Of a DNA stretch of 64,000 nt, positions 9,234 through 18,255 are shown piece by piece. Within the stretch, counting starts at the first letter, position 1, and each line of letters opens with the position of its first letter. This DNA is from an uncultured delta proteobacterium (GTDB taxonomy: Bacteria > Desulfobacterota > Binatia > Binatales > Binataceae). The notes under the pieces are model-generated. The model saw only the letters and a program-made list of their open reading frames with translations. It had not been told where the DNA came from and did no database searches. The position numbers and the translations under genes are program-made. The stretch is from contig CAWJET010000001.1 in the NCBI GenBank assembly GCA_963842085.1, forward strand, positions 736,001-800,000, given 5' to 3'.

Positions 9234-9941
9234 TCAAACTGCGCAGACGCCGTTTTCACAGTGACCGGTGGCACCCAGACCCCGCAGTATTGAGTCCGCG
9301 AGCAGCTTTTCTTTCTGAGCACCGTTGGCAACGACTTCCCCTTGAAACGAGATTTGAGGAACCCCCCGAATGCCGGCAGATGCGGCCATACGCTCCCCTG
9401 TTTTCACTTCGCTGACGAGCGCTGGGCTATCCAGATCTTCCACGCGCGAGATCGCAGTGACGCCGAACTCACGGGCTATGCCGAGCAGAGTGGCCGGATC
9501 ACCTACGTCTTCGCCGTTTAGGAAGTAGGCTTGGAAGAGCCGTTCTGCGTCTAGATTTTGTTTATGCACGCCGTCTTTCAAGGCCGCGGCGAGCAACACA
9601 TGCCCCCTGAAGGTGTTCGGTGTACGCTTCATCAGGTCATGGCGAAATCTGATTCCGACCTCCGCTCCCGCGGCGGACACCTGTGCATCGAGGCGTTGCG
9701 ACTGTTCCCAACTCCCGAACTTTGCTGAGCGGTACAATCGCCGGTCGAGGCCCTCGACAGGCATCTCGGGGTTGAGTTGGAACGGATGCCAACGGACCTC
9801 GAGCGTTTTGCCCAAGATAGACGACGCTCTCTCCAGACGACGCTTCGCCACGAAGCACCATGGACAAATCAAATCCGAAGTCACGTCGACGACCAGGCCG
9901 TCCGCGGGCGGCGCAATTCTATCTGTAAGATTCTCAGTCAT
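9234..9941 (-). CDS. DsbA-family (FrnE-like) oxidoreductase
   Basis: SDLICPWC, PFQLNP, GVP, C-terminal CENGVC. Confidence 0.9.
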   Translation of the reverse strand: MTENLTDRIAPPADGLVVDVTSDLICPWCFVAKRRLERASSILGKTLEVRWHPFQLNPEMPVEGLDRRLYRSAKFGSWEQSQRLDAQVSAAGAEVGIRFRHDLMKRTPNTFRGHVLLAAALKDGVHKQNLDAERLFQAYFLNGEDVGDPATLLGIAREFGVTAISRVEDLDSPALVSEVKTGERMAASAGIRGVPQISFQGEVVANGAQKEKLLADSILRGLGATGHCENGVCAV

Positions 9942-9980
9942 ATCTGAAGCTCCTACCTTCCCGGGTCAATCTAGCGACTA

Positions 9981-10016
9981 GGTAACCATTTGACTAGTAG
10001 GTACCGTTTGGTTACC
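9981..10016. promoter_or_regulatory. Inverted repeat between divergent FrnE-like and HxlR genes (candidate operator)
   Basis: GGTAACCA...TGGTTACC. Confidence 0.5.
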
Positions 10017-10024
10017 ATAGAGCA

Positions 10025-10393
10025 GTGAAAAAGGCGCCCGAATCAATCGATTCCGAACCCCTTTACGACCCGCAGTACCCAGCGCGACAGGTATTACGAG
10101 TCATTGCCGACACCTGGACGCCAATAGTTTTGTTCTGTCTCAAGCGGGGAACCCGACGTTTCAACGAACTCCAACGTTCCATCCCCGACATTTCCAGGAA
10201 GATGCTGACCCAAACCCTGCGAAAACTGGAACGCCGCGGACTTCTTGATCGCCTTGTTCACCCGGTAGTGCCTCCACACGTCGACTACACGCTGACACCA
10301 GTGGGCACGAAGTTCGCGGAGGCCGTAGCACTCATCTGCGAATGGGCGCAGAGAAATAAAGGCATTTTGAAACGAGTTAATTTCAATGATTGA
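10025..10393 (+). CDS. HxlR/DUF24 family transcriptional regulator
   Basis: RRFNELQRSIPDISRKMLTQTLRKLE...VPPHVDYTLT. Confidence 0.9.
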   Translation: MKKAPESIDSEPLYDPQYPARQVLRVIADTWTPIVLFCLKRGTRRFNELQRSIPDISRKMLTQTLRKLERRGLLDRLVHPVVPPHVDYTLTPVGTKFAEAVALICEWAQRNKGILKRVNFND

Positions 10394-10433
10394 GATAGAG
10401 GTTTAGAAACTTCAATTCGCAGGCTGAGCGCCA

Positions 10434-10500
10434 GGGCTCAGTGCGGAAACCGTATGAGGGTGGCGGCGTTTTACGCTCGGAGTCGAAGCGATGATTGAAG
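10434..10500 (+). pseudogene. Diverged remnant of a CGNR gene 3' end (repeat of 4788-4854)
   Basis: Encodes AQCGNRMRVAAFYARSRSDD*; 57/67 nt identical to 4788-4854 by manual alignment. Confidence 0.85.
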
Positions 10501-10537
10501 ATCGCAGTCCGTTGAAACACTCCGTTCACAAAGTGTG

Positions 10538-10554
10538 TGTGCCAAATCGGCACA
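10538..10554. promoter_or_regulatory. 17-bp palindrome TGTGCCAAATCGGCACA (candidate bEBP enhancer)
   Basis: TGTGCC-N5-GGCACA; 15/17 identical to the 5846 palindrome, with compensatory changes. Confidence 0.6.
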
Positions 10555-10614
10555 TAGCACACTTTCGGAAGGCGCAAAGATGACGCGAATCCTACAGTTC
10601 GTCGGATTTTTGTC

Positions 10615-10629
10615 TGGCATCCAACTTGC
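10615..10629 (+). promoter_or_regulatory. Sigma54 -24/-12 promoter upstream of xis-int
   Basis: TGGCAT-CCAAC-TTGC, about 70 bp upstream of ATG 10701. Confidence 0.7.
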
Positions 10630-10700
10630 GGTAGTGTTTTCCGCCAATTTCAGAACCTCTTCGACGGTAAAAACATAACCGAGCAACCCAGCAGGCGATC

Positions 10701-11003
10701 ATGAGCAGGCAAGCAGCAGAAGTTGGACTGCCAGAGAGCGAATATCTGACTGTCCCTGAGATCGCGAAAATTCTTCGACGCAATCGAAAGACCGTGTATG
10801 GCTGGATCGAATCTGGTGGGATTGGGGAAGTGGACGGTCTTTTCGTCGTGCAAGGACGTTACTTGATCCACTGGCCGACATTCCGATCCAGGCAGTTCAA
10901 ACCCCGCGTGAAACTGCGCGGTCAACTGCCGGAATACTCGGAGGAATCGCAAAATGGCATGGCTGGAAACGGACAGACACGGCCGCCTGAGAATCGGCTT
11001 TAA
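10701..11003 (+). CDS. Excisionase-like HTH protein
   Basis: YLTVPEIAKILRRNRKTVYGWIESG; overlaps the integrase start. Confidence 0.78.
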   Translation: MSRQAAEVGLPESEYLTVPEIAKILRRNRKTVYGWIESGGIGEVDGLFVVQGRYLIHWPTFRSRQFKPRVKLRGQLPEYSEESQNGMAGNGQTRPPENRL

Positions 11004-12222
11004 GTATTACGACGGCCTCAAATGTCGCGAGCCGCTCGGGGTGTCGGCAAACAAGCAGACCATCGCCGAGGCCAGGCGGCTTTGCGCGACGATACAGCTT
11101 GAGCTCAAGGCGAGAACTTTCGATTATGCCAAGCGATTTCCGGACAGCGACCGGATAAAGCAGCGCGGGATCGAGACGCCAGAGAAAATCCAACCGATCA
11201 GCGTCACTGAGCTCGCCGACAGTTGGCTGCTCAGCAAGCAAGGCGAGGTGAAGAAATCGACCCACGGCTACTACAAAGAAGTCGCGGGGATCTTCATTCA
11301 GCGCGACGCAATCGGGACGAAAACGGTCTCGGAATTACGTCAGGAAGACATCGATCGCTGGCGCGTACGGGTCGACGAGAAACAAACCAAGGGCAACGAA
11401 CCGCTGAGCACGCGGCGGAAGAACATGGCGTGGGATGTCCTGAATCAAATCCTGGAGTTCGCTCGCGTCCGGAAACTGCTCAACGAAGACCTCCTGCTCG
11501 GGATGAAGCCATTTAAGGATTCCGGCCAAGCAAACGACGACGATTCCGAACTCTCGGACGAGCCGGAAGATGCCGAAGTGATGCCGTATAACGCGGATCA
11601 GATTGAAGCGATCATCGCGGCGGCGGAGGGCTGGGAACGCGCTCTTGTAACGCTCTATTTCTTTACCGGAATCCGACGCGGCGAAGCGCTCGCTCTGACT
11701 TGGGACAGGGTCTACCTCGATCGTGACCGGGCACTGATCAACCGCAGCCTCAGCGTCCGATATGGCATCACGACGCCGAAGACGAAGAGCAGCCGGCGCA
11801 TGATCCAGTACGGTCCAAGGGTTCGCGCAGAGCTGTCGAAGCAAAGGGAAAGAGTCCAGCTACGCAGCAAGTACGTCTTCCCCAATGAGAGCGGCGCTGC
11901 GCCCAATGTACGCTGGGCGACTGACGTGGTCTGGCGCCGAATTCTCACGCGAGCTGAAGTTCCGCACAGACCAATCGGGCAGTGCCGTCACAGCTTCGCG
12001 GTCCTCGCGCTGAAGCAGCACAAACCGCTCAACTGGATTCAACGGCAGATGGGTCACCGCACGCTGCAAATGTTGTTGAAACATTACTGGCGCTGGATAC
12101 CGACCGACGATCTTTCTGCGGAAGAAATGTCTTCGTTGGAGAGCGCAGCGGCGCCGTTGGCCTCAAATCATGCCCACCCTGTGCCCACCCGGCCCGAAAC
12201 CGGGACCGAAGCGGGCTCGTAA
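10954..12222 (+). CDS. Tyrosine recombinase/integrase with N-terminal arm-binding domain
   Basis: TGIRRGEALALTW, PKTKSS, QCRHSFA, QMGH, catalytic Y in LKHYW; adjacent to a tRNA 3' end. Confidence 0.93.
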   Translation: MAWLETDRHGRLRIGFKYYDGLKCREPLGVSANKQTIAEARRLCATIQLELKARTFDYAKRFPDSDRIKQRGIETPEKIQPISVTELADSWLLSKQGEVKKSTHGYYKEVAGIFIQRDAIGTKTVSELRQEDIDRWRVRVDEKQTKGNEPLSTRRKNMAWDVLNQILEFARVRKLLNEDLLLGMKPFKDSGQANDDDSELSDEPEDAEVMPYNADQIEAIIAAAEGWERALVTLYFFTGIRRGEALALTWDRVYLDRDRALINRSLSVRYGITTPKTKSSRRMIQYGPRVRAELSKQRERVQLRSKYVFPNESGAAPNVRWATDVVWRRILTRAEVPHRPIGQCRHSFAVLALKQHKPLNWIQRQMGHRTLQMLLKHYWRWIPTDDLSAEEMSSLESAAAPLASNHAHPVPTRPETGTEAGS

Positions 12223-12257
12223 AACAATGATTCAGATCGGGAAAAACCCAATAAAAC

Positions 12258-12349
<92 letters not shown>

Positions 12350-12657
12350 GCTCAATAAAATCAAGTATCTATGCGGTATTCGCCTTAGGAGCAACCTCCC
12401 AAAGTGTCCCGGATTTTTCGAGCCGGTCGTCAGACTCATCGCCAACCTGTCCACCGAATCAGTCTCCACGTTCTTGAACTGGTACCATCTCGCTGGCCTG
12501 AACTGTTCGACGAATTCGGTTACGCGCTGGGCTAACGGAGTTTCGTCGCGGACCTTGCTTGACGTCGCGAATCGCATGGTGCTTTGCTCCTATCGAGGAA
12601 GAGGAGATCTGCATCGCCGCTCATCTGCAGTAGTCTGCTGAGCGAGAGAAAGGCGTC

Positions 12658-13458
12658 ATGGAACCAATCGCATACGTCGCGCGCCTGAACGAGTTCTATC
12701 GAAGTCAGGGATTTCCTGTGTACCAGTGGACGATCAATGAAAGCGCGCCGCTCACTCCGCTGAAAAAGTCGTTGGCTGGTTGCCGGGTGGCGATGCTCAC
12801 GTCGGGCGGAGTCTCGCGCAAGGATACGCCACCGTTCAATCCCCAGGCGCGCAACGATTTGAGACTCGACGCCGTCGACAAGGAAACCTCGCCCCAGTTC
12901 TTCGCCATCAACGACGACTACTACAATCACCGCGACGCGGACCGGGACATCAACTGCATTTTCCCGATCGAGCGACTCCGCGAGTTGCAATCCGAGGGCT
13001 TGATCGGTGAAGTCGGGCCGCATCATTACAGCGGCTTTATGGGGCGCATCTACACCCGCAGTGCGGTGGTGAACGAGGCCGCGCCGGCGCTGGCGCGGCG
13101 GCTGCGGGATGAGAGAATCGACGCGTTCGTCCTGGTGCCCGCTTGACCGCTCGATCACCAGACCGTTGGTCTGGTAGCGAGGGTGGTAGAGGAAGCAGGC
13201 ATCCCGACCGTTGTAGTCTCGACCGGCCGCGATCTGAGCGCCCAGGTTAGACCGCCGCGCACGGTTTTCGTCAATTTCCCGATGGGAAATCCGTTCGGCA
13301 AACCATTCGATAAAGGTCAGCAGCGCAAGATTCTGCTCGACGCGCTGCACGCACTTGAATCGGTGAAGACCGGCGGCGGAATTATTGATCTCCCATATGA
13401 GTGGGGCAAGGAATTCGCAATGAACCTGGGTTCCGGCTATCGCGCGAAGAGCGCGTAG
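12658..13458 (+). CDS. Selenoprotein, glycine/sarcosine/betaine/D-proline reductase B (GrdB/PrdB) family; Sec163 at TGA 13144-13146; 266 aa
   Basis: ORFs 12658..13146 and 13183..13458 are in frame. Readthrough gives FVLVPA-U-PLDHQTVGLVARVVEEAGIPTV. Family motifs VAMLTSGG and DADRDINCIFPIERL. Confidence 0.88.
13157..13175 (+). promoter_or_regulatory. SECIS-like hairpin
   Basis: ACCAGACC-GTT-GGTCTGGT perfect 8-bp stem; loop G follows 18 nt after the UGA. Confidence 0.7.
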
Positions 13459-13466
13459 GAGTTTTT

Positions 13467-13871
13467 GTGACGGTGAAGCTCAAGAAGACGCTCAGGCAAA
13501 TGCTGGCGGAAGCAAATGCGGAGATAGAGACGGTTAGTGCCGCGGACGCGATCAAGCTCAAAGGTGATTCGGACCTGGTATTCGTGGACATCCGGGATAT
13601 CCGCGAGCTTGAACGCGACGGCCGGATTCCAGGCGCGTTTCACGCACCGCGCGGGATGCTCGAATTCTGGGTCGATCCCGAGAGTCCGTACCACAAGGAG
13701 ATCTTCGCCTCGGGCAAAAAATTCATCTTCTTCTGAGCGGGCGGAGGCAGATCTGCGCTGGCAGCGCAGACCCTTCAGCGCATGGGACTCGCACCGGTCT
13801 GTCACATGGGCGGCGGCTTTACGGCATGGAAAGCGGCTGGCGGACCGGTGGAGGGTGGAAAAGTCTCGTGA
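13467..13871 (+). CDS. Selenocysteine-containing single-domain rhodanese; Sec at TGA 13734-13736
   Basis: AGGAG RBS then GTG. Readthrough gives KKFIFF-U-AGGGRSALAAQTLQRMGLAPVCHMGGGFTAWKAAGGPV, with TGA exactly at the catalytic Cys position. Confidence 0.88.
13752..13770 (+). promoter_or_regulatory. SECIS-like hairpin
   Basis: TCTGCGCT-GGC-AGCGCAGA perfect 8-bp stem; loop G follows 23 nt after the UGA. Confidence 0.65.
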
Positions 13872-13947
13872 TGGATAAGGGCTTCGCTTACTGTCTCTCG
13901 GGCTCGAATTCGAGAAAATACTGGTAGGTTGATTTGCGCGCCCGCTA

Positions 13948-14592
13948 TCATGCGCGGCGCGCGACGAGCGCGTAATGATATTTGAACAAGCGCTCGCCTT
14001 CGATCCGCAAACCCATACGCTCCATCCGATCACGCGCTTCGGCAGCGGTGTAAACATGATCCCTTGGAGGACCCACCGGCCGTTCGACGCCGGCGTTCCA
14101 GTCAACTACGAGCACGGTTCCGGCCGGCTTGAGCAGGGCAACCATCGCACGCAGCGCGTCATCGCCGAGCTCATGCAGGACGTTGAGCGCGAGCACGCGA
14201 TCGGCCGTTCCATTCAGCTTCTTAATTTCATCGGTATGAAGCGCTTTAAGATTTGAGAGCTTTTGTGCCGCAGGCTTCGCCCGCAACAGCTCGAGCATCT
14301 GCTGCTGTTCGTCGAGTGCAGTCACCTCCAGGTCGGGCCGCGATCGCGCGAGCTCGATCGCGTAGGTTCCGATGCCCGTGCCGAAATCCACGACACGGCT
14401 GCCGGTCGGCGCCGCCAGCATCTCGAAGATCTCATCGGGCGGCAGGTACCCGAAGCGAAATGGGTCGTCGAGCAGCGCCGCCCGGGCCGGGTCGAAGCGC
14501 TCGGGCTGACGGGCGCCATGCCGATCGTCATCGCCATGTGCGCCGTGGCGATGGCTGCCGTGATGGTGCGAGTCGTGCTGATTTTTTTCCAT
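13948..14592 (-). CDS. Class I SAM methyltransferase with His-rich N-terminus
   Basis: VVDFGTGIG, NVLHEL, VVDW...PVGPP; N-terminal HDSHHHGSHRHGAH. Confidence 0.85.
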   Translation of the reverse strand: MEKNQHDSHHHGSHRHGAHGDDDRHGARQPERFDPARAALLDDPFRFGYLPPDEIFEMLAAPTGSRVVDFGTGIGTYAIELARSRPDLEVTALDEQQQMLELLRAKPAAQKLSNLKALHTDEIKKLNGTADRVLALNVLHELGDDALRAMVALLKPAGTVLVVDWNAGVERPVGPPRDHVYTAAEARDRMERMGLRIEGERLFKYHYALVARRA

Positions 14593-14728
14593 GAGGAATC
14601 CCTCCATGCGGGCTGAGCGCAACTTGACGCGCGGCTTGATTTCATCGCGACTTCTCCCAACATCGGAGGCAGCACGCGTGGATGATGATTGCTGCCATCA
14701 GAATGCACCGATCGCCGCCACGCGTCGA

Positions 14729-15280
14729 TCAGATTGAGCCTCCATCTATTCGCTCAATGCGACCGCGGCGAACATGCCGCACCAGTGGCGGCGACGTTCT
14801 GCCCAGCCGTTGCAAAATTCTTGGCTCGCTAATTTTTTCGGCGCAGAAGCCGCGAACGTATTGAACCAGCGCCACGATCTGGTCGTAGCCCAACGTTCCG
14901 CCAAAGGCCGGCATTCCGGCCGGAAACCCCGCCGCCGCGGCGCCATCCTTGATAACCAGGAATATGGTCGCGTCGGACATCATCGACATCCAGCCACAAT
15001 CCGTAAAACTACGGAGATGAACTTGCAATTGCGGAGCCTCGGGGCCGTCGCCCTGACCCGAACGGCCGTGGCAGTGTGCACATTGGCTCTGGTAGAGGGT
15101 CTGCGCCGTGAGAGGATGCGCCGCATCAGGATTGAGATCGGCGGCTCTGGCGCCGGCGGTTAGGCTCAACAACGGAAGCGCCGCGACCAAGGTGCGGATG
15201 TACCCTGGTCTATGAGCTTTGGGCGGCGCTTTAGCTCGACCTGGTGCGAAGCTCAGTGTATTTGCAGCGTTCTCAGCCAC
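14729..15280 (-). CDS. Monoheme cytochrome c
   Basis: CAHCHG...GDGP, GMPAFG, signal-like segment; start uncertain. Confidence 0.8.
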   Translation of the reverse strand: MAENAANTLSFAPGRAKAPPKAHRPGYIRTLVAALPLLSLTAGARAADLNPDAAHPLTAQTLYQSQCAHCHGRSGQGDGPEAPQLQVHLRSFTDCGWMSMMSDATIFLVIKDGAAAAGFPAGMPAFGGTLGYDQIVALVQYVRGFCAEKISEPRILQRLGRTSPPLVRHVRRGRIERIDGGSI

Positions 15281-15921
15281 GCCACAAGATCTTCGAGTTG
15301 CTTACGATCGAGGACCCCGGAGAACGCAGGCATTGTGCGGCGACCGCGCATCACAATCTCTTGAAAGTCATTGAACCTATAGAGGATCGGCTGCTGAACG
15401 AGGTTCGGTCCTTGTTTACCGCGCGCGTCAGCTCCGTGGCATTCAGCGCAGGCGTTAGTGAAGACGCCCGCGCCGGCGCGTGCGTCTCCATGGAATCTGA
15501 CGGGGTCCGCCAGCGGCTCGACGGAATCCAACAGGGCAACGCTGGGCGATTCAGGCGCAGCCATCGGCACGGCTCCGAGCGGAAACTGGCTGGACAGATA
15601 ATCAGCCAGCGACTTTTCCTGATCGGCAGGGAGCGGTGCTCCCCAGTTCCGCATTTTTTTGACCTCTGCTTGCCACTGCTCGGGTGTCAGTCTCTGCTGG
15701 ATCATCATTCCCCGGTCATGGCAGATCTCGCAGTGATCTCGCATTTCAGCCGCTTCGGCCCGCTGCGCTGCGCTCCCGGCCGTTCCGGCCAGCACACGGG
15801 TCGAGAGCAGAAGCAACGCTGGGACTACGAGCCACATTCGCCGCGGAAGGCTCGCCCACTGGAATGAACGATGGTTCCCAGCTGCACGTTCTCGCATCGC
15901 GATTCGAATGAGCGCTGCCAT
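15253..15921 (-). CDS. Diheme cytochrome c (SorB-like partner of sulfite oxidase)
   Basis: CEICH and CAECH; QQRLTPEQWQAEVKKMRNWGA; ATG overlaps the upstream stop (TGATG). Confidence 0.82.
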   Translation of the reverse strand: MAALIRIAMRERAAGNHRSFQWASLPRRMWLVVPALLLLSTRVLAGTAGSAAQRAEAAEMRDHCEICHDRGMMIQQRLTPEQWQAEVKKMRNWGAPLPADQEKSLADYLSSQFPLGAVPMAAPESPSVALLDSVEPLADPVRFHGDARAGAGVFTNACAECHGADARGKQGPNLVQQPILYRFNDFQEIVMRGRRTMPAFSGVLDRKQLEDLVAWLRTLQIH

Positions 15922-17096
15922 CAGGCGATCCTGCAATGAACTCGATCGATGCCGTTCCACAAATAGCCGCCATGATTCCAAGGCGTCGTTTCCGGCTGCA
16001 CTCTGCCTGAGGAATCGGTGGCGCGCGCGGCGATTGTATACGCTCCTTGCGTCGCCGCTTTCCACCGATAACGCCACAGTTGCCATGCGCCCTCAGATTC
16101 CTTGCCCTCAAGTTCGGCGCGAGCCCACGAGCGGCCGCCATCCAGCGACACTTCGACGTTGACCACGTGTCCCATGCCGGTAAAAGCTACTCCCGAGACC
16201 AGGTTGTCGCCGGGCGGCATGACCGAACCTTCCAACGGCCTTGCAATCAACGATTTGACCGGGTTGATGGCGACCGGAACTTCAGGCGCGGGTGCGATGC
16301 CTTTTTGCGGAACTGGTTGCTGCGGCATCCTGTACGCAGTCTGCATGTAGAAGCCCTCGGCCTCATGCTCCTGAAAGTCGATTCGGCGCAACCATTTGTA
16401 CCAGTGATCGCCGGCCCAGCCCGGTACCACCATGCGGAGCGGGCCACCATGCAACATCGGCAGCGGCTCGCCGTTCATTTCGAAGGCAAGCAGCGTGCCC
16501 GGATCGAGTGCGCGCTCGATGGGAATGCTGCGGGTAAACGAAGGAGTTGTGGGCATGGGAGCGGAGTCATAGCCGCGCATCTGCATGTGACCGGCGCCGG
16601 GTTTGATGCCTATGCTCTTCACTACGTCGCGCAGGCGGACCCCTGTCCACAGAGCGTTGCCAACCGCGCCGCGCTGCCACTGGACGCCCGGCACTGACGG
16701 ATGAAAAAAGGCGCGCCCGTTGCCTGCGCATTGAAGCGTTGCCGGCAAGCGCACGATTTCGAACTTGCGCAGGTCCTCGAGGGTCAGGCTGCGAGAGCTA
16801 TCGACGAGGCCGCCAATCTCGAGTCTCCATTGTTCTTGAATGATAGCGGGTGGGCCAAAATGACTTCGCACGAAAAACACCGCATTGGGAGTAATCGAGG
16901 AAGCCAGATACTCGACCGGCGTCTCCAAGTCCTGCGGCCGGGAAAGCCGAACAATCAGTGAGTCGTGCTCATGCACCATTTCAGCAGCGCGACCGATTGC
17001 CGGCATGCCGCTCACCAACGCCAGAGCACCCACACTCCGCGAAAGATGCCTGAGAAATCGGCGTCGCGACCACAACTCAGTGGATAATCGGCTCAC
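15921..17096 (-). CDS. Sulfite oxidase family molybdoenzyme (SorA/SoxC-like), Tat-exported
   Basis: SRRRFL Tat motif, FFVRSH, LQCAGNGR, NGEPLPMLHGGPLR, KWL, ARATD, WNHGGYLWN. Confidence 0.92.
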   Translation of the reverse strand: MSRLSTELWSRRRFLRHLSRSVGALALVSGMPAIGRAAEMVHEHDSLIVRLSRPQDLETPVEYLASSITPNAVFFVRSHFGPPAIIQEQWRLEIGGLVDSSRSLTLEDLRKFEIVRLPATLQCAGNGRAFFHPSVPGVQWQRGAVGNALWTGVRLRDVVKSIGIKPGAGHMQMRGYDSAPMPTTPSFTRSIPIERALDPGTLLAFEMNGEPLPMLHGGPLRMVVPGWAGDHWYKWLRRIDFQEHEAEGFYMQTAYRMPQQPVPQKGIAPAPEVPVAINPVKSLIARPLEGSVMPPGDNLVSGVAFTGMGHVVNVEVSLDGGRSWARAELEGKESEGAWQLWRYRWKAATQGAYTIAARATDSSGRVQPETTPWNHGGYLWNGIDRVHCRIA

Positions 17097-17208
17097 TTCA
17101 CACCTCCGCCAATATAAAGGATATGTGGCAGGTTTTCATCGCGAATGATCAGGAGCCATGAGTGCCAATGGTCACAACCAACGACCTCGCGCACTGCTTC
17201 CGCTTCGG

Positions 17209-18255
17209 CTAACCAATCCATCCGAGCAGTATGGCGCCAAGCGTGGCGGTTCCCATCAGCAGCCAAAGAACGAAGCCCTGGATTAGGGGGCGCCGCCCAA
17301 CCATCTGAAGGGCGCTGCGGCTCAGCCCGGAGCCGATCAGAAACAAGGTGACCACCAACGAACGTTGCGCGCCGAGGAATATCGTGTGGCCAGCGGGTTT
17401 CAGCGCAGGTACCCATGTCACCAATGCTGCGGCGGCGATAAATCCCAGGATGAACCACGGCCGCCTGGCCTTGCCCGCAGGCGCGTCTGGGTTTCCGCGG
17501 TTCCAAACCATTCCGACGGCGAGGGTCACGGGCACTATCCAAAGCGCTCGGGTAAGTTTGATGGTGGTAGCGATCTCAAGCGCGCGTGCGCCGTATTGCA
17601 TCGCCGCTCCGACTACTGAGCTCGTATCGTGAATGGCAAGCGCGCTCCACACTCCAAACTGTGCCTGACTCAAACCGAAATAGTGCCCGATCCACGGAAA
17701 GATGAACAAGGCGACCGCGTTGAGGAAGAACACTGTCGCCAGCGCCACGGAAACCTCATGACTTTTGGCTCGGATCGCGGGAGCGACCGCCGCGATGGCG
17801 CTGCCGCCGCATATTGCCGTACCTACGGTTACCAGCAGCGAGGTGTCCCGTTCGGTCCGAATCAATCGGCCCAAAACCAGACCAAGGGTCATCGTGAGTG
17901 TGATGCCGATGACCGTGTAAAAGAAGCCATGGACACCGGCGTGCCCTACTTCAACGAGATTCATGCCGGCCCCCAGACCGATGACCGAGATTTGCAGCAA
18001 GGGAGTGATCAGCCGCGCGGTGGTAAAGGGATAACCATTGCCCAAAGTGAGGGCCACGCAGATGCCCAGCATCAGCGCGATGCCGGGCGAGACGAACGGC
18101 AACAGCGTCGCGCATGCCGCGATTGGAAACGCGATGCGGGCAGCGACCGTCGCGGGATTGGCGCGGCTGAACTCATGGCGCCAGCCAGCCGGCGCCGCTG
18201 GGACGAAATCCTCCTTCGGTTTCGTGGCCTCCGACGTGCGCATCGCGCCGGTCAT
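17209..18255 (-). CDS. YeiH/UPF0324 family putative sulfate exporter
   Basis: GTAICGGSAIAA, AIHDTSSVVGA, KLTRALWI; ATGA-coupled to arsR. Confidence 0.9.
   Translation of the reverse strand: MTGAMRTSEATKPKEDFVPAAPAGWRHEFSRANPATVAARIAFPIAACATLLPFVSPGIALMLGICVALTLGNGYPFTTARLITPLLQISVIGLGAGMNLVEVGHAGVHGFFYTVIGITLTMTLGLVLGRLIRTERDTSLLVTVGTAICGGSAIAAVAPAIRAKSHEVSVALATVFFLNAVALFIFPWIGHYFGLSQAQFGVWSALAIHDTSSVVGAAMQYGARALEIATTIKLTRALWIVPVTLAVGMVWNRGNPDAPAGKARRPWFILGFIAAAALVTWVPALKPAGHTIFLGAQRSLVVTLFLIGSGLSRSALQMVGRRPLIQGFVLWLLMGTATLGAILLGWIG

Larger units (their letters stand above)
1..12257. mobile_element. Genomic island integrated at the tRNA-Ser 3' end; left boundary not seen
   Basis: Integrase/xis abutting the tRNA 3' end; IS, truncated genes and mixed cargo. 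No second copy of the tRNA 3' end noticed in the window. Confidence 0.7.

Noticed and set aside
4853-10433. Integron cassette array
   Set aside because: Genes are in mixed orientation, no attC-like repeats were seen, and the integrase is of the tRNA-targeting xis-associated type.
1-12257. Prophage; second att copy
   Set aside because: No structural, packaging or replication genes are present, and no repeat of the tRNA 3' end was noticed within the window.
12658-13871. Genome-wide UGA reassignment or two pseudogenes as the explanation for the TGAs
   Set aside because: Many genes here end normally at TGA. Both internal TGAs fall on catalytic Cys/Sec positions and have downstream hairpins.
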